Shown one piece after another: positions 58,694 to 64,000 of a stretch of DNA of 64,000 nucleotides. Origin of the DNA: an uncultured delta proteobacterium. GTDB lineage: Bacteria; Myxococcota; Kuafuiibacteriia; Kuafuiibacteriales; Kuafuiibacteriaceae. Both the position numbers and the translations under genes were made by a program. Positions within the stretch are counted from its first letter, which is position 1; each line of letters starts with the position of its first letter. The notes under the pieces were generated by a model, which saw only the letters and a list, made by a program, of their open reading frames with translations, ran no database searches and was not told the origin of the DNA. Where the stretch lies: the NCBI GenBank assembly GCA_963803435.1, contig CAWDML010000009.1, forward strand, positions 1,280,001-1,344,000. Direction: 5' to 3'.

Positions 58694-60475
58694 GTGGGCG
58701 CGGATGGGGACGACCTGGCGCTGATCGAGGACGCGGAGGGGCTTTCGCGATTCCTGGCGTCGGTGTCGGACGCCCCCTTCCTGGCGCTCGACACCGAGAC
58801 CTCGGGGCTCGATCCGCATCAGGACAAGCTCCTCTTGATCCAGTTTGGCACCGCCGACCGGCAGTGCCTGGTCGACGCGGGCTGGGTCGACGAGCGGGCC
58901 TTGGCCGAGATCTTCCGGCCGGATCGCACGGTGGTCATGCACAACGCCCTCTTCGATCTGAAGATGATCTGGGGCGCGTGCGGGGCCGGGGCCACGCTGG
59001 CCAAGGCCATGATCGCCGATACCCAGAGCGCCGAACGCCTCCTCCGGAACGGCCGCCGCTCCGACGTGGTGATGGGCGGCTTCGCGCTCAAGACGCTGGC
59101 CGAGCGCTATACCGGTATGGAGCTGGACAAGTCGATCCGGCAGGGCTTCTACGGGATTCAGTCGGTGGCGGAGCTCTCGGAGGCCGAGCTGCATTATGCC
59201 AAGCGGGACGTGGAGGCCACCTGGAAGGTCTTCGCCGAGCAGCTGCCCCAGCTCCGCCACGAGGCTCTGCTCAAGGTGATGGCCATCGAGGGCGCCGCCT
59301 CGATCGGGTTCGCACAGATGGAGCTGGCCGGCGCGCCGATCGACACGGACGCGTGGAGGAAGATCCTCGACGACGCCAAGACCCATAGCGCCGACGCCCG
59401 CAAGAAGCTCGACCGCGAGTTCTGGACGGTGGCGGACCGCGACCTGTTCGGCGGCACCACTCTCAACTACTCCAGCGACGACGAGGTTCTCGACGCGCTC
59501 AGGAAGCTGGGCGTCGGCGTCACCAGCATGCGCCGGGAGGCGTTGCTGGCCACCGGGCACCCGGCGGCCATCGCGGTGGCCGAGTGGCGCGAGCACCAGA
59601 AGATCGTGTCGAGCTACGGCGACGCCTTCCTGTCGCACGTCCACCCCAAGACCGGACGCTTGCACCCGCGCTTCAAGTCGATCGGCGCGGTCACCGGCCG
59701 CGCCTCCTGCTCCGAGCCGAACCTGCAGAACATCCCCTCCGGCTCTGCATTCCGCGAGTGCTTCCGAGCACCGGCCGGCCGCAAGCTGATCACCGCCGAC
59801 TACGCGGGCGCCGAGCTCCGCATCATCGCGCAAGCCTCCCGAGATCCGACCTTCATCCGCGCGCTCTCCGAGGGCGCCGATCTGCACGCGGTCGTGGCGA
59901 CGAAGCTGTTCAAGAAGCCGGTCAGCAAGACCGAACACCCGGAGCTCCGCGCGCGGGCCAAGGCGATCAACTTCGGGCTGGCCTACGGCATGGGTCCCGG
60001 CGGGCTCGCGGAGCAGCTCGGGGTGCCGATGGAGGAGGCGGAGCGCCTCCTCGAGGCCTACTTCGACGAGTTCCCCCGGGTCCGCGCCTACCTCGACTCG
60101 GCGGCGCGCCAGGCCATCCGGCGGGGCGTGGCCGAGACCATGGCGGGGCGGCGCTACTACTTCACCGACATGCGTAGGGAGGGGAAGGACGAGCAGACCC
60201 TCCGGCGCGTCGCGCGGAACATGCCGATCCAGGGGACGAACGCCGACATCATCAAGCTGGCCATGGCGCGCCTCGTCAACGCGCTCACCGAGCAGGACCT
60301 CGACGCCGCCCTGGTCAACATGGTGCACGACGAGCTGGTGGTGGAGTGCGCCGAGACCCAGGCCGAAGAGGTCCACCAGATCGTGGTCCGCGAGATGATC
60401 TCCGCCGGCGCCGAGTTTATCGATCGGCTGCCGGTGGAGGTCGACGCGAAGATCGGCGACAGTTGGCAGAAGTGA
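58694..60475 (+). CDS. Family A DNA polymerase with 3'-5' exonuclease but no 5' nuclease (Klenow-like)
   Basis: DTETSG, HNALFD, YAKRD; PNLQNIP, DYAGAELR, RARAKAINFGLAYG, VHDEL. Confidence 0.9.
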   Translation: MGADGDDLALIEDAEGLSRFLASVSDAPFLALDTETSGLDPHQDKLLLIQFGTADRQCLVDAGWVDERALAEIFRPDRTVVMHNALFDLKMIWGACGAGATLAKAMIADTQSAERLLRNGRRSDVVMGGFALKTLAERYTGMELDKSIRQGFYGIQSVAELSEAELHYAKRDVEATWKVFAEQLPQLRHEALLKVMAIEGAASIGFAQMELAGAPIDTDAWRKILDDAKTHSADARKKLDREFWTVADRDLFGGTTLNYSSDDEVLDALRKLGVGVTSMRREALLATGHPAAIAVAEWREHQKIVSSYGDAFLSHVHPKTGRLHPRFKSIGAVTGRASCSEPNLQNIPSGSAFRECFRAPAGRKLITADYAGAELRIIAQASRDPTFIRALSEGADLHAVVATKLFKKPVSKTEHPELRARAKAINFGLAYGMGPGGLAEQLGVPMEEAERLLEAYFDEFPRVRAYLDSAARQAIRRGVAETMAGRRYYFTDMRREGKDEQTLRRVARNMPIQGTNADIIKLAMARLVNALTEQDLDAALVNMVHDELVVECAETQAEEVHQIVVREMISAGAEFIDRLPVEVDAKIGDSWQK

Positions 60476-61215
60476 GGTCGGCGGCCGCGTTCGCGCTCCT
60501 CGTTCTGCTCGCCGGGCCGGCGTCCGCCGCGCCGATCGTCGTGATCGATCCGGGTCACGGCGGTGCGCAGCCGGGTACCAAGACCAAGACGGGCGTCGAG
60601 GAGAAGGCGCTGGTCCTCAAGGTGGCGAAGGCGGTCCGGGCGGTGCTCAAGAAGAGCGGGGTCAAGGTGGTGATGACGCGGACCGACGATCGAACGGTCG
60701 CGCTCTCCGCCCGCGCGACGCTCGCGAATCGGCTCGGCGCCAAGGTGTTCGTCTCCGTCCACGCGAACTCGGCGCCCGTCGCAGAGCGGCGCGGCGCGGA
60801 GACGTACATCCTCTCTGCCGAGGCCACCGACGACGTCGCGATCTCGGCGCTCTCGCAGGAGGAAGCGGAGGAGGGCGAGGACGAGGAGTCGTTCGGCGGC
60901 GGCGGTGGCGGTGATGTCGAGTTCATCCTCGGGGATCTGGAGCGCACGCGCTCACACGAGGACAGCGCGCGTCTCGCGAAGAAGATTCAGGATCGCCTGG
61001 GCGGGGTCAGCGGCCTGCGTCCCAGCCGCGGGCTCAGGCAGGCGCCGTTCAAGGTCCTTCGCAAGGCGGAGATGGCGGCGGTGCTGGTGGAGGTCGGCTA
61101 CCTCACGAATCCACAACAGAGCGCGTTCCTGGTGGAGGCGCGGGGACAGGGCCAGACCGGCGCCGCGATCGCGCGCGGGATCCTCGATTATCTTCGCGCG
61201 ATCGGCGCTCGATGA
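60472..61215 (+). CDS. N-acetylmuramoyl-L-alanine amidase (Amidase_3)
   Basis: Signal peptide; IDPGHGG, EK, SVHANS, VLVEVGYLTN. Confidence 0.92.
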   Translation: MRSAAAFALLVLLAGPASAAPIVVIDPGHGGAQPGTKTKTGVEEKALVLKVAKAVRAVLKKSGVKVVMTRTDDRTVALSARATLANRLGAKVFVSVHANSAPVAERRGAETYILSAEATDDVAISALSQEEAEEGEDEESFGGGGGGDVEFILGDLERTRSHEDSARLAKKIQDRLGGVSGLRPSRGLRQAPFKVLRKAEMAAVLVEVGYLTNPQQSAFLVEARGQGQTGAAIARGILDYLRAIGAR

Positions 61216-61232
61216 GGTAGCGTCGCTCGACC

Positions 61233-61964
61233 ATGAGCTATGTCCGCCCCGACGGCCGCGCACCCGATCAGACGCGAACCATCGAGCTCATTCCGAGCTT
61301 CACGAAGTGGGCCGAGGGCTCCGTGTTGTGCTCGTTCGGCGACACGCGCGTGCTGTGCAACGCGACCGTCGAGGAGCGCGTTCCGCCGTGGATGAAGGAT
61401 CAGGGCCGTGGCTGGATCACCGCCGAGTATTCGATGCTGCCGCGCTCCACGGACCGGCGCATGCAGCGCGAGTCGATCCAGGGCAAGATCGGCGGCCGCA
61501 CGCACGAGATCTCGCGGCTGATCGGACGAAGCCTCCGCGGCGGCGTCGATCTGGCGATGCTGGGCGAGCGGACAATCACAGTGGACTGCGACGTGCTCCA
61601 GGCCGACGGCGGCACGCGGACCGCCTCCGTCACGGGGGGCTGGGTGGCGATGGCGCTGGCGGTGCGGAAGCTGATGAAGCACGGCAACCTGCGCAAGAAC
61701 CCGCTGTCGCACCAGGTGGCGGCGATCTCGATCGGCATCATCAAGGGGACCCTGCTGCTCGATCTGGCCTATGCCGAGGATCAGGCCGCCGACACCGACC
61801 TGAACCTGGTGATGAACGACGCCGCCGGGATCATCGAGGTCCAGGGTACCGCCGAAGGCGCGACCTTCAGCAAGGCGGAGCTCGACGGCATGCTGCAGCT
61901 CGGCTCCAAGGGGATCAGCGAGCTGTTCATCAAGCAGCGCAGCGTCGTCGAGGTGACCGGTTGA
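61233..61964 (+). CDS. rph: Ribonuclease PH
   Basis: [48 protein letters not shown]. Confidence 0.97.
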   Translation: MSYVRPDGRAPDQTRTIELIPSFTKWAEGSVLCSFGDTRVLCNATVEERVPPWMKDQGRGWITAEYSMLPRSTDRRMQRESIQGKIGGRTHEISRLIGRSLRGGVDLAMLGERTITVDCDVLQADGGTRTASVTGGWVAMALAVRKLMKHGNLRKNPLSHQVAAISIGIIKGTLLLDLAYAEDQAADTDLNLVMNDAAGIIEVQGTAEGATFSKAELDGMLQLGSKGISELFIKQRSVVEVTG

Positions 61965-62557
61965 AGACGCTGCTCGTCGCGACAGAGAACGAGGGCAAGG
62001 CGACGGAGATCAGACGGGGCCTCCAAGGTGAGGTCTTCGTCGAGACCCTCCGCGATCATCCGGAGTTGACGATGCCGCCCGAGGACGCCGAGACCTTCGA
62101 GGCCAACGCGCGCCTCAAGGCCGAGCACGCGGCGCGAATGACCGGTCTGCCGGTCCTCGCCGACGACTCCGGCCTGGTGGTGGATGCGCTCGGCGGACAG
62201 CCGGGCGTGCGTTCTCGGCGCTACGCACCGGGGAGCGACGCGGATCGCGTCCAGAAGCTGCTCGGCGCGCTGGAGCGCGTGCCGGACGAGGCGCGCACGG
62301 CACGGTTCGTGTGCGCGATGGTGCTGGTGGTGCCGGGCTCGGATCCGATCGCCTCCACGGGAACCTGCGAGGGACGCGTCGGACGCACACCTCGGGGCGA
62401 GCATGGTTTCGGATACGATCCGGTGTTCGTCCTCGACGACGGGCGAACCATGGCCGAGCTCACGTTGGAGGAGAAAAACCGCATTTCCCACCGCGGGCGT
62501 GCGCTCGCCGAGATCCTCCCCGAGATCCGCGCCCGCCTGCTCTCACTTTTCGCTTGA
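61961..62557 (+). CDS. rdgB: RdgB/HAM1 non-canonical purine NTP pyrophosphatase
   Basis: [36 protein letters not shown]. Confidence 0.95.
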   Translation: MKTLLVATENEGKATEIRRGLQGEVFVETLRDHPELTMPPEDAETFEANARLKAEHAARMTGLPVLADDSGLVVDALGGQPGVRSRRYAPGSDADRVQKLLGALERVPDEARTARFVCAMVLVVPGSDPIASTGTCEGRVGRTPRGEHGFGYDPVFVLDDGRTMAELTLEEKNRISHRGRALAEILPEIRARLLSLFA

Positions 62558-62590
62558 ACAGCCGATGCTGATTCCCGCACGATGCGCCGG
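62554..62590 (+). promoter_or_regulatory. Possible tRNA operon promoter
   Basis: TTGAAC, 18 nt, CACGAT, followed by a GC-rich discriminator GCGCCGG. Confidence 0.35.
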
Positions 62591-62595
62591 ATCTT

Positions 62596-62670
62596 CGGGG
62601 CGTGGCGCAGTCTGGTCAGCGCACCTGCTTTGGGAGCAGGGGGTCGGAGGTTCAAATCCTCTCGCCCCGA
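62596..62670 (+). tRNA. tRNA-Pro(TGG)
   Basis: CGGGGCG/CGCCCCG acceptor stem, CCTGC-TTTGGGA-GCAGG anticodon arm, GGTTCAAATCC; no encoded CCA. Confidence 0.95.
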
Positions 62671-62675
62671 TGGAA

Positions 62676-62749
62676 GCTCCAGTAGCTCAGCTGGATAGAG
62701 CAGCGGCCTTCTAAGCCGACGGTCAGGGGTTCAAGTCCTCTCTGGAGCG
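62676..62749 (+). tRNA. tRNA-Arg(TCT)
   Basis: GCTCCAG/CTGGAGC acceptor stem, loop CTTCTAA, GGTTCAAGTCC. Confidence 0.93.
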
Positions 62750-62803
62750 TGCGTTTTGTGGTGGACCGGTCCGAGAGAAACGATTAGGAGTACCGGCACG
62801 GGC

Positions 62804-62877
62804 GGTGACTGTAGCTCAGTTGGTAGAGCGGCGGACTGTGGCTCCGTAGGTCGCGGGTTCAAGCCCCGTCAGTCACC
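62804..62877 (+). tRNA. tRNA-His(GTG)
   Basis: G-1 plus GTGACTG/CAGTCAC stem, C discriminator, loop CTGTGGC. Confidence 0.95.
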
Positions 62878-62903
62878 CTTCTCTGAGCAGGAAAGTCCGA
62901 ACC

Positions 62904-62976
62904 GGGGGTATAGCTCAATTGGCAGAGCAATGGACTCTTAATCCATAGGTTGGGGGTTCGATTCCCTCTACCCTCA
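62904..62976 (+). tRNA. tRNA-Lys(CTT)
   Basis: GGGGGTA/TACCCTC stem, ATGGA-CTCTTAA-TCCAT, GGTTCGATTCC. Confidence 0.95.
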
Positions 62977-62979
62977 TCG

Positions 62980-63015
62980 CGCCCCGGAGCCTCAGGTCCC
63001 GGGGCGTTTTGTTTT
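62980..63015 (+). terminator. Intrinsic terminator of the tRNA operon
   Basis: CGCCCCGG-loop-CCGGGGCG followed by TTTTGTTTT. Confidence 0.85.
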
Positions 63016-63029
63016 GGGAGGCGATCGAC

Positions 63030-63776
63030 GTGAGTGAGCAGAGCGCGGCGATGATCGAGGCGGAGGCGCTGCTTCGGACCCGCGGGCGCGGGGTTCTGGC
63101 GACGATCTCGAAGAAGGTGGCGGGTTGGCCGTTCGGATCCGTGGTGCCGTACGCGGTCGATCCGACGGGGCGGCCGATCCTCCTGATCGCCTCCATCGCC
63201 GAGCACACGAAGAACATCGAGGCCGACGATCGGGTGAGCCTGCTGGTGCAGGAGGCCGAGGGCGCGGAGGACGTCCAGGCGAAGGGCCGGCTCACGCTGA
63301 TGGGGCGGGCTTCGCAGGTCCCCGAGGCCGAGATCGCCGACGCGCGCGCACGGTATCTGGCCCGGGTGCCCGACGCCGAGGGCTACTTCGCCACCCACGA
63401 CTTCGCGCTCTATCGGATCGGCACCGAGCACCTCCGCTACATCGGCGGGTTCGGAAAGATCTACTGGCTCGATCCGGCGGCGTACCAGACGCACGTCGCG
63501 GAGGATCCGATCGTCCGCGGGGCGGCGCCGATCATCGAGCACATGAACGCGGACCACGAGGAGGCGATGTCTCTGTGGTGCCGAGCGTTCCGCGGGATCA
63601 CGCCGGGGCACGTGCGGATGAGCGGGGTCGATCGCTGGGGCTGTGATCTCGAGTCGAGCGCGCCCGATCGGCGGCTGCGCTTCGACTTCGAGGCGGCCGC
63701 GGCACCCAACTCGATCCGCCAGATCGTGGTGGCGATGACGGTCGAGGCACGCAAGAGGCTGGGACCGAGCGCCTGA
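63030..63776 (+). CDS. HugZ/HutZ-like PNPOx-fold protein with DUF2470-like C-terminus
   Basis: GVLATIS..GWPFGSVV, SIAEHTKNI, RYIGGFG, IIEHMNADH. Confidence 0.85.
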   Translation: MSEQSAAMIEAEALLRTRGRGVLATISKKVAGWPFGSVVPYAVDPTGRPILLIASIAEHTKNIEADDRVSLLVQEAEGAEDVQAKGRLTLMGRASQVPEAEIADARARYLARVPDAEGYFATHDFALYRIGTEHLRYIGGFGKIYWLDPAAYQTHVAEDPIVRGAAPIIEHMNADHEEAMSLWCRAFRGITPGHVRMSGVDRWGCDLESSAPDRRLRFDFEAAAAPNSIRQIVVAMTVEARKRLGPSA

Positions 63777-63780
63777 TCGC

Positions 63781-64000
63781 ATGACGCTCGACGTCGCAGT
63801 CGTGGGCGCGGGTCTCGCCGGTCTCCAGGCCGCCCGCACGCTGGTCGAGGCCGGCCTCGCGGTGCGAGTGCTCGAGGCGCGCGACCGCACCGGCGGGCGC
63901 ACGCTGAGCCATCGGACCGAGCACGGGGAGGTGGTGGACCTGGGGGCGCAGTGGATCGGTCCGACCCACCACCGGCTGAGCGCCCTCATCGACGAGCTCG
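63781..64000 (+). CDS. Flavin monoamine oxidase family protein (partial; runs off the right edge)
   Basis: Manual translation MTLDVAVVGAGLAGLQAA...LEARDRTGGR...DLGAQWIGP. Confidence 0.88.
   Translation, partial: MTLDVAVVGAGLAGLQAARTLVEAGLAVRVLEARDRTGGRTLSHRTEHGEVVDLGAQWIGPTHHRLSALIDEL

Noticed and set aside
58694-60475. Prophage-derived DNA polymerase
   Set aside because: No phage genes, integrase or att sites; coupled to housekeeping genes
62750-62803. Fifth tRNA or small RNA in the Arg-His spacer
   Set aside because: Only 54 nt, with no T-loop or cloverleaf

Overview
High-GC chromosomal window, very probably from a Myxococcota (deltaproteobacterial) genome, based on glt gliding genes, MYXO-CTERM-like tails and a TIGR04552-like gene. 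Clustered 1-bp indels break several genes and are most likely assembly errors. Left to right: (1) a ~10-kb polyhydroxyalkanoate locus with two class III-type phaC paralogues, a phasin-like gene, phaR, a mini-phaE, an acyl-CoA ligase, and a surface PHB depolymerase/lipoprotein/beta-barrel/hydrolase operon, with repeated TGC-N3-GCA boxes; (2) gltH(cglE)-gltI(agmK)-gltJ(agmX), followed by a RelA/SpoT-synthetase-like gene and a rhomboid protease; (3) housekeeping and envelope genes, then a mreBCD-mrdA-rodA operon in which PBP2 appears to have a duplicated head subdomain and RodA carries an inserted FHA-like domain; (4) an accessory signalling block (Ser/Thr kinase, GGDEF-PilZ-HATPase protein, STAS protein) ending in a ~720-bp CTAG-bounded inverted-repeat element that carries a four-helix-bundle gene and a transposase remnant; (5) MMPL, nucleoside deaminases, GT4, Hsp70, Klenow-type PolA, amidase-rph-rdgB, four tRNAs, a HugZ-like gene and an amine oxidase gene. 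All calls come from reading motifs by eye; no database searches were run.
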